Shown here in pieces: positions 10,144 through 19,263 of a stretch of 38,723 nt of DNA (the stretch's first letter is position 1; every line of letters starts with the position of its first letter). The DNA is from Sulfurovum sp. Lineage in GTDB: Bacteria; Campylobacterota; Campylobacteria; Campylobacterales; Sulfurovaceae. The stretch covers positions 1 to 38,723 of the forward strand of contig DZAQ01000003.1 in NCBI GenBank assembly GCA_022729615.1. Reading direction: 5' to 3'. Under the pieces are notes generated by a model. The model did not search any database, was not told the DNA's origin, and saw only the letters and a list, made by a program, of their open reading frames with translations. Made by a program: the position numbers and the translations under genes.

Positions 10144-10688
10144 TATTTTCTCCCTTTTGCAAATGGCATTCCAAGTTTCTCAAGGAGAATAAATGCCTGC
10201 TTGTCGTCTTGAACACTTGTTACAATCGTAATATTCATACCATGTGTTTTAATAATCTTGTCATAGACCACTTCCGGGAACATAAGCTGCTCTTGAAGAC
10301 CGAAGTTATAAGCGCCTCTTCCGTCAAAACCTTTTCTTGGAACACCTCTAAAGTCTTTTACTTTTGGAAGTGCGATAGATACAAGCTTGTCAAAGAAATT
10401 GTACATACTTGCGCCTCTAAGTGTCACCTTGATACCGCTTGGGCTTCCCTCTCTTGCCTTAAAACCCGCAACAGACTTTTTTGCCATAATGATATTGGCT
10501 TTTTGTCCGGCGATCAAAGAGATCGTATCAGCCATATTTTGGATAAGTTTCGTATCTTTGCCCTCTTCTCCGGCACCGACACTGATCACTATCTTCTCAA
10601 GCTTCGGAGTCTGCATCGCATTTTTGATACCGCACTCTTCCCTGAGTGCCGGTACGATGTCATTGTACTTTTGCTTCATTCTACTCAT
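10143..10688 (-). CDS. rplE: 50S ribosomal protein L5
   Basis: 181 aa, [18 protein letters not shown]... Confidence 0.95.
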   Translation of the reverse strand: MSRMKQKYNDIVPALREECGIKNAMQTPKLEKIVISVGAGEEGKDTKLIQNMADTISLIAGQKANIIMAKKSVAGFKAREGSPSGIKVTLRGASMYNFFDKLVSIALPKVKDFRGVPRKGFDGRGAYNFGLQEQLMFPEVVYDKIIKTHGMNITIVTSVQDDKQAFILLEKLGMPFAKGRK

Positions 10689-10692
10689 TGGT

Positions 10693-10926
10693 TCAACCCT
10701 CTACTTTTTTTACATTGGAGACATGGATCGGCATCTCTTTTTGTGCAAATCCACCATCTTTATTCTCTTCAGTAGGCTTAATAGCTTTTTTTGCCACTCT
10801 GCATCCTGCAACGATCACAGACTCATTTTTAGGAAGTACTTGCAAAATTTTGCCGCTTTTGCCTTTGTCATCTCCCGCGATGATCACAACCTGATCACCC
10901 TTTTTGACTTTCATCTTTGTTGCCAT
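10693..10926 (-). CDS. rplX: 50S ribosomal protein L24
   Basis: KOW motif [20 protein letters not shown]. The start is set at the second ATG (10926, [11 protein letters not shown]). GGAGG is 7 nt upstream of it but only 1 nt from the ORF-track ATG at 10932. Confidence 0.93.
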   Translation of the reverse strand: MATKMKVKKGDQVVIIAGDDKGKSGKILQVLPKNESVIVAGCRVAKKAIKPTEENKDGGFAQKEMPIHVSNVKKVEG

Positions 10927-11294
10927 TACCATACCTCCGGAGCAAGCGATACTATTTTCATAAAACCTGCGTATCTTGTTTCACGGCTGACCGGTCCGAA
11001 AATACGCGTACCAATCGGCTCTCTTTTGTCGTCGATAATTACTGCGGCATTGTCATCAAATCGGATCAATGATCCATTTTCTCTTTGAATCTCTTTTTTG
11101 GTTCTCACAACCACAGCTTTAACAACTTTACCTTTTTTTACTTTTCCGCTAGGAAGAGCTTTTTTTACTGAAGCGATGATGACATCACCGACAGTTGCAT
11201 ATCTTCTTTTAGATCCGCCAAGAACCTTGATACACATGATCTCTTTCGCGCCGCTATTATCGGCTACGCTTAGTCTTGTAAAACTCTGTATCAT
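10926..11294 (-). CDS. rplN: 50S ribosomal protein L14
   Basis: 122 aa, [27 protein letters not shown]. Confidence 0.95.
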   Translation of the reverse strand: MIQSFTRLSVADNSGAKEIMCIKVLGGSKRRYATVGDVIIASVKKALPSGKVKKGKVVKAVVVRTKKEIQRENGSLIRFDDNAAVIIDDKREPIGTRIFGPVSRETRYAGFMKIVSLAPEVW

Positions 11295-11542
11295 TATGCT
11301 TCTCCTCTTTTGAGGATCTCAAGCAATCTAAAGCTCTTGGTTTTTGAAAGCGGTCTGCACTCAATCGCCTCAATAGTATCACCTGGTCTTGTCTCATTCT
11401 TCTCATCATGAACAAGATATTTCTTAAATCTTTTTACGGTTTTGTGATATCTTGGATGAAGAACTCGTCTTTCAACCATTACTGTTGCCGTTTTATCGCC
11501 GGCTATTTTTATCACTGTACCGGTTATTTGTCTTTTTGGCAT
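11294..11542 (-). CDS. rpsQ: 30S ribosomal protein S17
   Basis: 82 aa, ...[27 protein letters not shown]... Confidence 0.95.
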   Translation of the reverse strand: MPKRQITGTVIKIAGDKTATVMVERRVLHPRYHKTVKRFKKYLVHDEKNETRPGDTIEAIECRPLSKTKSFRLLEILKRGEA

Positions 11543-11553
11543 CGTCCGACCCC

Positions 11554-11745
11554 CTACTTCGATCTAACAGCAGTCAATGCTGTCTGTATTCTTGCGATAT
11601 CTTTTTTGGCAGCGCTCAACTCGGTAGTGTTTGTAAGCTGCATAGTTTTTTGTTTTGCTTTCAATGTAAAAAGCTCGAGTTTCTTCTCTTTGAGAGATGC
11701 AAGAAGCTCAACTTCTGTTTTGGTTGTCAAATCAGTATATTTCAT
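11554..11745 (-). CDS. rpmC: 50S ribosomal protein L29
   Basis: The start is moved to the ATG at 11745 ([26 protein letters not shown], 63 aa), with AAAGGA 5 nt upstream. The 18-codon extension in the ORF track lies inside rplP. Confidence 0.92.
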   Translation of the reverse strand: MKYTDLTTKTEVELLASLKEKKLELFTLKAKQKTMQLTNTTELSAAKKDIARIQTALTAVRSK

Positions 11746-12157
11746 TGCTATCCTTTCGAGAAATAATCTTCGTTTTGAAGGGCAATTTATGTTGTGCAAG
11801 TGTCAAAGCCTCTCTTGAGAGCTCTTCCGCTACACCTGTCATTTCAAAAATGATTCTGCCCGGCTTAATATTCATAACCCACTTATCTACAGAGCCCTTA
11901 CCTTTACCCATTCTGGTTTCCAAAGGTTTTGCCGTAAGCGGCTTATCTGGGAAAACTCGAATCCAAGTTTTTCCCATTCTGTTGATACGACGAGTCATAG
12001 TGATCCTCGCAGCCTCTATCTGTCTAGAGTCAATTCTCCCAGCCTCGATGGCTTTGATCGCATACTCGCCAAACTCTATTTTATTACCATTGAAAGACTT
12101 GCCTCTGCTGCGGCCTTTCATTTGCTTTCGCCATTTTGTTCTTTTAGGCATTAACAT
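11732..12157 (-). CDS. rplP: 50S ribosomal protein L16
   Basis: 141 aa, [16 protein letters not shown]... Confidence 0.95.
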   Translation of the reverse strand: MLMPKRTKWRKQMKGRSRGKSFNGNKIEFGEYAIKAIEAGRIDSRQIEAARITMTRRINRMGKTWIRVFPDKPLTAKPLETRMGKGKGSVDKWVMNIKPGRIIFEMTGVAEELSREALTLAQHKLPFKTKIISRKDSNEIY

Positions 12158-12159
12158 GA

Positions 12160-12858
12160 CTATTCACCTCTTCTTCTGGATGGCTTTCTAGCAGCCTTTT
12201 TCTCTTCTGGAGCATCAGCCTGGATTCCCTTTTGGAGTACTTCGCCTTTGAATATCCAAACTTTAATCCCGATGATTCCATAAGTTGTGTGTGCTTCCGC
12301 AAATCCATAATCAATTTTTGCTCTGAGTGTATGCAAAGGAACTCTTCCCTCAAGATACCATTCAGTTCTTGCTATTTCAGCGCCGCCAAGACGACCGGCT
12401 ACTGAGATCTTGATCCCCTTAGCGCCTGATTTGAGCGCGCCTTGAATCACTTTTTTCATCGCTCTTCTAAAAGCAGTTCTTCTCTCAAGCTGTGTCGCGA
12501 CATTTTCAGCAGCAAGCTGAGCGTTTGCCTGCGGCTTGCTCTCCTCTTTTATATTGAGCAATACATCTTTATTGAGCATGTTTGTAAGTGTCTCTTTGAG
12601 CTTCTCGATATCTCCGCCTTTTTTCCCGATGATAAGACCCGGACGCGCGGTAACAATATTGATTCTCAATTTTTTTGCAGTTCTTTCAATTATGATATTG
12701 GAAACACCCGCATAAAAAAGCTCTTTTTTGAGATACTTTCTAATTTTATAGTCTTCAGCAATGAAGTCTGCTGCTCTTGTTTTTTCCGGAAACCATCTTG
12801 ATTCCCAGTTTCTATTTATCCCAAGTCTCAAACCTATAGGATTAACTTTCTGACCCAT
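12160..12858 (-). CDS. rpsC: 30S ribosomal protein S3
   Basis: 232 aa, [23 protein letters not shown]..., KH domain, basic C-terminal tail. Confidence 0.95.
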   Translation of the reverse strand: MGQKVNPIGLRLGINRNWESRWFPEKTRAADFIAEDYKIRKYLKKELFYAGVSNIIIERTAKKLRINIVTARPGLIIGKKGGDIEKLKETLTNMLNKDVLLNIKEESKPQANAQLAAENVATQLERRTAFRRAMKKVIQGALKSGAKGIKISVAGRLGGAEIARTEWYLEGRVPLHTLRAKIDYGFAEAHTTYGIIGIKVWIFKGEVLQKGIQADAPEEKKAARKPSRRRGE

Positions 12859-13211
12859 TATGCACCCTTCTTCGTGGTTTCTTTTTCACTTTTGACCGGC
12901 TCGCCGACTTCAACCAAGATATGAGATGTTGGCTTAATGATTCTGCTGGCTGTACCGCGAGCTCTTGGCTTCCATCGCTTCATAACGGCAGCTTTGTCCA
13001 CTCTACAGCTTGTGATCTCCACTTCATTTGGTTCAAAATCGCCATTTGCAACCGCAGAAGCGATTACTTTTGAGATGATACCCGCCGCTTTGTTTGGCAT
13101 AAATTCCAAGCTTGCAAGCGCAAGTTCAGCATTCATTCCTTGAACTTCACGAGCGATCAATCTTGCTTTTGTGGGTGATACTCGTACAAATTTTAATAAT
13201 GCTCTACTCAT
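12858..13211 (-). CDS. rplV: 50S ribosomal protein L22
   Basis: 117 aa, [26 protein letters not shown]. Confidence 0.95.
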   Translation of the reverse strand: MSRALLKFVRVSPTKARLIAREVQGMNAELALASLEFMPNKAAGIISKVIASAVANGDFEPNEVEITSCRVDKAAVMKRWKPRARGTASRIIKPTSHILVEVGEPVKSEKETTKKGA

Positions 13212-13220
13212 TTTTCACCC

Positions 13221-13499
13221 CTATCCTATCTTCTTCTGAACAGAACCTTTGTGGCCCTTAAATGTTCTTGTTGGCGCAAATTCACCGAGTTTGTAACCGA
13301 TATGATTTTCTGTTACAAATACAGGGATAAACTGTCTTCCATTGTGTACATTGATCGTCAAACCAATGAACTCAGGGAAAATAACCGATCTTCTAGACCA
13401 AGTCTTGATCGGTTTTGTTGAATTTTCCTCTTTTGCTTTTAATACTTTTTTCATAAGGTGACCATCAATAAATGGACCTTTTTTTGTAGATCTTGCCAT
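13221..13499 (-). CDS. rpsS: 30S ribosomal protein S19
   Basis: 92 aa, [19 protein letters not shown]...HNGRQFIPV...[13 protein letters not shown]. Confidence 0.95.
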   Translation of the reverse strand: MARSTKKGPFIDGHLMKKVLKAKEENSTKPIKTWSRRSVIFPEFIGLTINVHNGRQFIPVFVTENHIGYKLGEFAPTRTFKGHKGSVQKKIG

Positions 13500-13508
13500 T
13501 TTAGCCCC

Positions 13509-14336
13509 TTACTTCTTGCGCTTAGCGATGATAAGTTTATCGCTTGCTTTTTTCTTGCGAGTTTTGAATCCTTTGGCTGGCGTACCCCAAGGAGAAACAG
13601 GATGCCCTGAAGAACCGGTTTTACCCTCTCCGCCACCGTGCGGGTGATCGACCGGGTTCATTGCGGAACCTCTTGTTTGAGGTCTGATACCGATATGTCT
13701 ATTTCGTCCGGCTTTTCCGATAACGATATTTGAAAAATCTTCGTTTCCGACAGTTCCGATCGTTGCCAAACACTCGCCAAGAACATAACGCATTTCGCTC
13801 GAAGGCATTCTGAGGGAAACATACTTTCCATCTCTACCCATGATCTGCGCATATCCGCCTGCTGATCTGGCTATTTTGCCGCCTTGACCGGGATTGAGTT
13901 CAATATTGTGAACCAAAGTACCGACCGGGATACTTTTGAGTTTCATTGCATTGCCTGTTTTGATATCAAGTCCAGCTTCGGCTGACATGATCTTTTCGCC
14001 GACAACCAACCCTTTGGGCTGAATGATATATCTCTTTTCGCCATCTACATAATTGATCAGGCAGATTCTGCAGTTTCTGTATGGATCATACTCAACTGTA
14101 GCAACCGTGCCTTCAATGCCGAATTTATTTCTTTTGAAATCGATGATTCTATAGAGCTTTTTTGCTCCAGCCTCTCTGTGTCTTGATGTAATTCTTCCGT
14201 TTGAATTTCTTCCTGCTGTTGCCGGAAGCTTCACAAGAAGACTTCTCACGCTTGCTTTCGCGGTAATATCTCCGCTATCGAGATTGGTCATATAACGACG
14301 CGAAGGCGTTGTTGGTTTATAAGTTTTTATTGCCAT
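13509..14336 (-). CDS. rplB: 50S ribosomal protein L2
   Basis: 275 aa, ...[19 protein letters not shown]... Confidence 0.95.
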   Translation of the reverse strand: MAIKTYKPTTPSRRYMTNLDSGDITAKASVRSLLVKLPATAGRNSNGRITSRHREAGAKKLYRIIDFKRNKFGIEGTVATVEYDPYRNCRICLINYVDGEKRYIIQPKGLVVGEKIMSAEAGLDIKTGNAMKLKSIPVGTLVHNIELNPGQGGKIARSAGGYAQIMGRDGKYVSLRMPSSEMRYVLGECLATIGTVGNEDFSNIVIGKAGRNRHIGIRPQTRGSAMNPVDHPHGGGEGKTGSSGHPVSPWGTPAKGFKTRKKKASDKLIIAKRKK

Positions 14337-14346
14337 CTATTCCTCC

Positions 14347-14628
14347 TTATACCGCTAGGCTTTCAATTTTGGCATCTTCCGGGAGCTTGACATAAAATTT
14401 CTTCATATCATTTCTTTTTCCCTCAACACCTCTAAATCGTTTTACTTTTCCTTCAACTCTCATTGAATTTACTTTCAATGGGTTGATGCCAAAGTACTCT
14501 TTGAATACTTCTCTCAAGCCATTTTTTGTCATTCTAGGTGTTGTTTGTACTACGATGACGCCCATTTCTTGAAGCTCAATACTCTTCTCTGTGTACATAA
14601 TTGATTTGATATCTGTAATGTCTGCCAT
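14347..14628 (-). CDS. rplW: 50S ribosomal protein L23
   Basis: 93 aa. Position between rplD and rplB; ...[22 protein letters not shown]... Confidence 0.93.
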   Translation of the reverse strand: MADITDIKSIMYTEKSIELQEMGVIVVQTTPRMTKNGLREVFKEYFGINPLKVNSMRVEGKVKRFRGVEGKRNDMKKFYVKLPEDAKIESLAV

Positions 14629-14629
14629 C

Positions 14630-15223
14630 TTAACTCTCTTTTGTCAATTTTTCCCATACAGTCTTTTCGATAACTATCGAACTGTATGCCGCCGCCAAAT
14701 AAGCATTGAGCTCATTTGATTCGATCAAATAACTATTTTGTAGATTTCTGAATGCTAAAAATGTTTTATCATCAATCATCTCTTTTACCACAAGAACATC
14801 TCTTTGTCCAAGATTTTTCACATAAAGCGCTGCATCTTTCGTCTTGCCTGATTCGACCACAAGCGAGTCAACTACATATACTTTTTCATTTGCAACCTTC
14901 TCGGCTATCGCATGAAAAAGAGCAAGTTTTTTCTGTTTTTTGTTGACTTTTTGATCATAATTTCTGTTATTGTTCGGACCGAAAGCAACACCTCCGCCTA
15001 CAAATACAGGAGATGTGATCGAACCTGCTCTTGCTCTGCCGCCGCCTTTTTGCGCCCATGGCTTTTTACCGCCGCCGGTTACCATCGATCGAGTTTTTGC
15101 TTGAGCGCTATTGGCTCTCAATCCCGATGCATATGCCTTGCAATAAAGGTATAGATTATGTGGGTGAACTTCCAAAAACGCCTGTGGAAGCTCACTGCTT
15201 TTAATTACAACTGCTTTACTCAT
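14630..15223 (-). CDS. rplD: 50S ribosomal protein L4
   Basis: 197 aa, ...[34 protein letters not shown]... Confidence 0.95.
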   Translation of the reverse strand: MSKAVVIKSSELPQAFLEVHPHNLYLYCKAYASGLRANSAQAKTRSMVTGGGKKPWAQKGGGRARAGSITSPVFVGGGVAFGPNNNRNYDQKVNKKQKKLALFHAIAEKVANEKVYVVDSLVVESGKTKDAALYVKNLGQRDVLVVKEMIDDKTFLAFRNLQNSYLIESNELNAYLAAAYSSIVIEKTVWEKLTKES

Positions 15224-15801
15224 TTAACAATCCTTATCAATCCTCTAGCGCCGTTATGTCCGGGTATAGAGCCTTTTAGTACCAATATTCCGTTTTCAGC
15301 GTCAAAAGAGACAACATCATTTTTGACAGTCACTTTTGTGTTTCCGTACTGTCCGGGCATTTTTTTACCAGGCTGTACTCTTCCTGGCCACTCACAGTTA
15401 CCGATCGAACCGACTCTTCGTCCAAAACGGTGTCCGTGCTCTGCGGGACCGCCGCTGAAGTTGTGTCGTTTCATTGCTCCGGTAAATCCTCTGCCCTTTG
15501 TATTGAGTGAAGTTTTCACCAATGCCGCTTGGGCAAGCGGAGTAAGGCTCAAATCGCCTGCTTCTGTCCCTTGGGCTACATCTATGGTCATAAACTTATT
15601 GAACTCTTTTGAAATTCCATATTTTGACTGCTGACCCTCGATACTCTTGTTGAGCTTTTTGCTGCTATTGTATGCAACAAGCGCTTTCCCATCCTCTCTT
15701 ACTTCACACACTTTCGCGTCAACGACTTTCAAAAGCGTAACAGGAATACTGGGTACAGAGATTGTTCTGCTCATCCCAATTTTTTCTACAATATATTCCA
15801 T
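15220..15801 (-). CDS. rplC: 50S ribosomal protein L3
   Basis: 193 aa, ...[22 protein letters not shown]... Confidence 0.95.
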   Translation of the reverse strand: MEYIVEKIGMSRTISVPSIPVTLLKVVDAKVCEVREDGKALVAYNSSKKLNKSIEGQQSKYGISKEFNKFMTIDVAQGTEAGDLSLTPLAQAALVKTSLNTKGRGFTGAMKRHNFSGGPAEHGHRFGRRVGSIGNCEWPGRVQPGKKMPGQYGNTKVTVKNDVVSFDAENGILVLKGSIPGHNGARGLIRIVK

Positions 15802-15810
15802 CTTTGCTCC

Positions 15811-16122
15811 TTACTTATCCATTGATCTTATCTCTACTTCTATCTCCGGAGCAAGATCCAGCTTCATAAGCGAATCTATTGTATCTGGAGTAGCAGAAAC
15901 GATATCAATCATTCTTCCGTGAATTCTAATTTCAAATTGCTCACGAGAATCTTTGTTGACATGCGGTGATCGAAGCACTGTATAGCGCTTCATCTTCGTA
16001 GGCATAGGGATCGGTCCTCTAATCTCTGCGCCTGTTCTTTTGACTGCATCTACGATAGCAGCAACTGATCTGTCTAAAACTCGGTGATCATAAGCCTTGA
16101 GCTTTAATCTAATTTTTTCCAT
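15811..16122 (-). CDS. rpsJ: 30S ribosomal protein S10
   Basis: [20 protein letters not shown]... The start is set at the ATG at 16122, with AAAGG 7 nt upstream. The ORF-track first codon at 16125 is TTG. Confidence 0.95.
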   Translation of the reverse strand: MEKIRLKLKAYDHRVLDRSVAAIVDAVKRTGAEIRGPIPMPTKMKRYTVLRSPHVNKDSREQFEIRIHGRMIDIVSATPDTIDSLMKLDLAPEIEVEIRSMDK

Positions 16123-16145
16123 CAAATTACCTTTCTAAAGAACTC

Positions 16146-16160
16146 GTCGGTCGTGCCGAC
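16146..16160 (-). promoter_or_regulatory. Hairpin in the rpsJ 5' UTR
   Basis: GUCGG-CACGA-CCGAC on the minus-strand RNA, between the predicted -10 element and the rpsJ SD. Confidence 0.3.
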
Positions 16161-16179
16161 ATTTTTGTTTGGAGGCGAA

Positions 16180-16208
16180 ATTATATCCAATTTTTTGCAT
16201 CTAATCAA
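16180..16208 (-). promoter_or_regulatory. sigma70 promoter of the S10 operon
   Basis: Minus strand reads TTGATT (16208-16203), 17 nt, then a perfect TATAAT (16185-16180), about 58 nt upstream of the rpsJ ATG. Confidence 0.55.
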
Positions 16209-16236
16209 TAATAATTAAAGGTAAAATTGATATTAT

Positions 16237-16245
16237 TGCTAAAAT
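16237..16245 (+). promoter_or_regulatory. Extended -10 promoter (TGCTAAAAT) for the P-loop ATPase gene
   Basis: TGn plus TAAAAT lies 28 nt upstream of the ATG at 16274. AGGAAGGA SD at 16261-16268. Confidence 0.4.
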
Positions 16246-16273
16246 TATTTCCTTTTATCAAGGAAGGATAGGT

Positions 16274-17350
16274 ATGCATCGACTTGACTATTTCAAAAAT
16301 CATCCTCCGGAAAATGCTTTTTACCATCAGAGAAAATTGGTTATTCCGGATGCTGCCGCATTAAATCTCCATGGTGTACGAGGGTCAGGGAAAACAGCTC
16401 TCATTGTCGATCATCTTAAGAATTTTCCAAATGAGGGGCTGCTCTATATCGATTGCGAGGATCCGAGCTTTCTTTTGACCCCGCTCTGTGAAAAAGAGAT
16501 TCAAGATTATATTGTCGAGCACAGTATCCGGACTTTGGTCTTGGATCACTTTGATACCACTAAAATAGCAATGCCCCCACAAACCCATACAGTTATTCTC
16601 ATCACAAGAAGACCCGTGCCAGTCGATAATTTCAGTAGGCTTCAGCTTTTTCCGCTTGATTATGAGGAGTTTCTCGTCTTTGAAAAAGGGGCTTCCCAAG
16701 CGGGGAGTTTCAACCACTTTCTGAAGTTTGGCACTCTCCCATTGGTGTCAAAAAGCCCTACAAAAGGGGTGCCGGATTTCAAGACATTTTTGTTGAGCAG
16801 ATTTGATCATAATGAAATAACGCTCTTGATCATTTTGGCATTCCACCAAACACACCATCTCACCATCAATCAAATCTATGTAGCCTCCAAGGAGCGCCTA
16901 AAAATCTCAAAAGATTGGCTCTATCGTAAAATTAATTCTTTTGAAGAGGAGGGGATTCTCTATTTTTTAGAGGACTCCTCCAAAAAGAGCGGGAAAAAGC
17001 TTATTCTGTTTGATTTTGCCATCACCAAATATCTCGTGCATACGCAGCCGTTTTTTGTCCAATTTGATACCATGGTGGCTCTAGCGCTCATAAAGCATCA
17101 AAGATATTTTACGACACTTGGCATCCACGGGTATCTCATCAATGGAGATGAACTTCTCATCGCCTCAGCATTTGAGAGCGAAGAGAGTGTGTGGAAAAAG
17201 TCACACGGGAAATATGCATTTTATAGAAGTTTCGCTATCAAGAAAGTGACCATTGTCACCATCGCCAATAACTATAATTTTGAAATAGCCGATATAGTTT
17301 TCGAAGCATTGCCATTTTATGAATGGAGTATTTTAAATGAAGAGGAATAA
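16274..17350 (+). CDS. P-loop (AAA-like) ATP-binding protein of unknown function
   Basis: 358 aa. Walker A LHGVRGSGKTAL and Walker B-like GLLYIDCED. No further motif recognised. Confidence 0.7.
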   Translation: MHRLDYFKNHPPENAFYHQRKLVIPDAAALNLHGVRGSGKTALIVDHLKNFPNEGLLYIDCEDPSFLLTPLCEKEIQDYIVEHSIRTLVLDHFDTTKIAMPPQTHTVILITRRPVPVDNFSRLQLFPLDYEEFLVFEKGASQAGSFNHFLKFGTLPLVSKSPTKGVPDFKTFLLSRFDHNEITLLIILAFHQTHHLTINQIYVASKERLKISKDWLYRKINSFEEEGILYFLEDSSKKSGKKLILFDFAITKYLVHTQPFFVQFDTMVALALIKHQRYFTTLGIHGYLINGDELLIASAFESEESVWKKSHGKYAFYRSFAIKKVTIVTIANNYNFEIADIVFEALPFYEWSILNEEE

Positions 17351-17393
17351 CGGTAACATGACAAATATAATAGAGCGAAAATAACAAAAATTT

Positions 17394-17402
17394 TGATATA
17401 AT
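17394..17402 (+). promoter_or_regulatory. Extended -10 promoter (TGATATAAT) for the L,D-transpeptidase gene
   Basis: TTTTGATATAAT lies about 60 nt upstream of the ATG at 17462. Confidence 0.5.
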
Positions 17403-17461
17403 CACATGAAAATCAACCCTCGTGTTTTTAATCCAAATTTCTAGAGCTAAGGAGCTTGCTT

Positions 17462-19105
17462 ATGTTTATGATTCGAAATCTTCTGATAGGTATTTTTGTG
17501 CTTGTAGGCGCCAATACCGCTTGGCTTGCCGCAGAGGACTTTAATACCGTAGCGCCGACAATTATTGCCAAGGTTGCCGGTTCACAGCCTGCCGAAAGCT
17601 CCATCCGCAAAATATATGAAGTGAGCAACAACCAGCCTATCTGGGTCACCCCGGACGGACTCTCACCGCTTGGGATCGGACTGCTCGATCAGATCGAAAC
17701 GGATCCTCTTGTTTCACACAATACTCAAATTTATAAAGAGTTTAAATCGCTCCAAAACCTAAGCAGCAGCCATTCTGCCGGAGCTGACACCAAGCAGCAA
17801 ATAAAGCTTGAACTTAAACTGAGCAAACTTTATAAAAATTATGCGAACTTCAAAATATATGGTCTTATTAACTGGCCCATCTTCAGGGGTCGTCTCCAGC
17901 AAATTATCGTCACTGACGACATCCATGCCGACTGGGAAATTTATCCAAAATATACGGTATTTACCCTGCTTCAAGAGATGATCGGAAGCAGTAATGTAAG
18001 AGCCACTTTCGATGAAACTTCGCCAAAAACACAACTCTATCTCGGGTTAGAAAAGTGGTATCTGCACTACAAGAAGATCGCGCAAAGTGGTGAATGGCCC
18101 AATATCCCTGCATTTGGGACGATCAAACCGGGAGAGAGCAATAGTGCAATACCTGCCATCAGAACGCGTCTTTATCTCAGCGGCGACATGGAGGGGTGCG
18201 AACCGAGCCAATCAGATATTTACGACCAGTGTCTCGTCAATGCCGTCAAAACATTCCAAAAACGCCATGGTCAGACAGAAGACGGAGTCATAGGCAAAGG
18301 GACAGCCGTCGCATTGCGCGAGAGTATCGACAATATCATAACCAGAATGGAGCTCAATCTTGACCGAATCAAAATGATGAAACCCAATGATTATGGCCGC
18401 TATATCATGGTAAATATACCCGCGTTCAGGCTCTATTTCTACGAGAATGGTGAAGTGTTTCAAACTATGAAGGTCATCACTGGGCAGAAAAAACATCCTA
18501 CTCCTGTATTTAGCGATACCATCGAAACCGCCGTACTCAACCCCTATTGGAATGTTCCAAAAAATATAATCCAAAAAGAGATGATCCCCAAACTTCTACG
18601 CAACCCAAATGCGATGAAAAGAGAGGGGATAGAGATACGCAATGGCTGGGAAGAGGATGCGCCGCTGATCTCCGGCTCATCTGTCAATTGGTCACAATTT
18701 CAGTTTAGCAATAGCGTGCCCTATCGGTTCGCCCAAGTGCCCGGCAATGGAAATGCGCTCGGAAAAGTCAAATTTCTTTTCCCAAACAAATTCTCCGTCT
18801 ATATGCATGATACGCCGACAAAAAATCTCTTTAGCAGACAAACAAGGGCTTTTAGCCATGGATGTATTCGGCTCGAGAAACCAAGGGAGCTCTTCAAGAC
18901 TTTTGCAGAACTCAACCCAAGTATTAACTATGAACAGTCACAAGAGGTTCTAAAAGGCAAAAAACAATCTTACTACAAGCTTGATGAAACTCCCATCAAT
19001 ATAGCCTATCTTACAGCATGGGTCTTGCCTGACGGAACACTTCAAATGCGTGATGATATCTATGGTTATGACGGCGAACAGTTAAAATATCGCAATACAT
19101 ACTAA
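17462..19105 (+). CDS. Periplasmic L,D-transpeptidase (YkuD domain) with a peptidoglycan-binding domain, YcbB-like architecture
   Basis: N-terminal signal-like segment. PG-binding repeat LVNAVKTFQKRHGQTEDGVIGKGTAVAL. YkuD catalytic block VYMHDTP...FSHGCIRLEKP. The start is set at the ATG at 17462, 7 nt after AAGGAG; the ORF-track start at 17456 is TTG. Confidence 0.85.
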   Translation: MFMIRNLLIGIFVLVGANTAWLAAEDFNTVAPTIIAKVAGSQPAESSIRKIYEVSNNQPIWVTPDGLSPLGIGLLDQIETDPLVSHNTQIYKEFKSLQNLSSSHSAGADTKQQIKLELKLSKLYKNYANFKIYGLINWPIFRGRLQQIIVTDDIHADWEIYPKYTVFTLLQEMIGSSNVRATFDETSPKTQLYLGLEKWYLHYKKIAQSGEWPNIPAFGTIKPGESNSAIPAIRTRLYLSGDMEGCEPSQSDIYDQCLVNAVKTFQKRHGQTEDGVIGKGTAVALRESIDNIITRMELNLDRIKMMKPNDYGRYIMVNIPAFRLYFYENGEVFQTMKVITGQKKHPTPVFSDTIETAVLNPYWNVPKNIIQKEMIPKLLRNPNAMKREGIEIRNGWEEDAPLISGSSVNWSQFQFSNSVPYRFAQVPGNGNALGKVKFLFPNKFSVYMHDTPTKNLFSRQTRAFSHGCIRLEKPRELFKTFAELNPSINYEQSQEVLKGKKQSYYKLDETPINIAYLTAWVLPDGTLQMRDDIYGYDGEQLKYRNTY

Positions 19106-19206
19106 ACTCTTAAATAAACCAAAGGGAGTTTAACTTCTCTTTGGTCTTGCCTGCAAGAATCAAACTAAAAAATTATCAGATCAGGATCATTTTATATGAA
19201 AGAAGG

Positions 19207-19238
19207 AAAGGGATCCAAACAGAGGAACCCCTTTTTTT
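19207..19238. terminator. Bidirectional rho-independent terminator between the L,D-transpeptidase gene and typA
   Basis: Plus RNA reads AAAGGGAUCC-AAACAGA-GGAACCCC followed by U7. The complementary hairpin on the minus RNA is followed by UUUCCUUCUUUC and lies 26 nt after the typA stop. Confidence 0.5.
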
Positions 19239-19263
19239 GAAGAAAGAAGGGTACAGGAGACCC

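Noticed and set aside
19118-19145. An 11-bp hairpin (ACCAAAGGGAG...CUUCUCUUUGG U) 13 nt after the L,D-transpeptidase stop codon.
   Set aside because: On the plus strand no U tract follows it. On the minus strand the two G.U pairs become A-C mismatches. The better terminator candidate is the hairpin plus T7 at 19207-19238.
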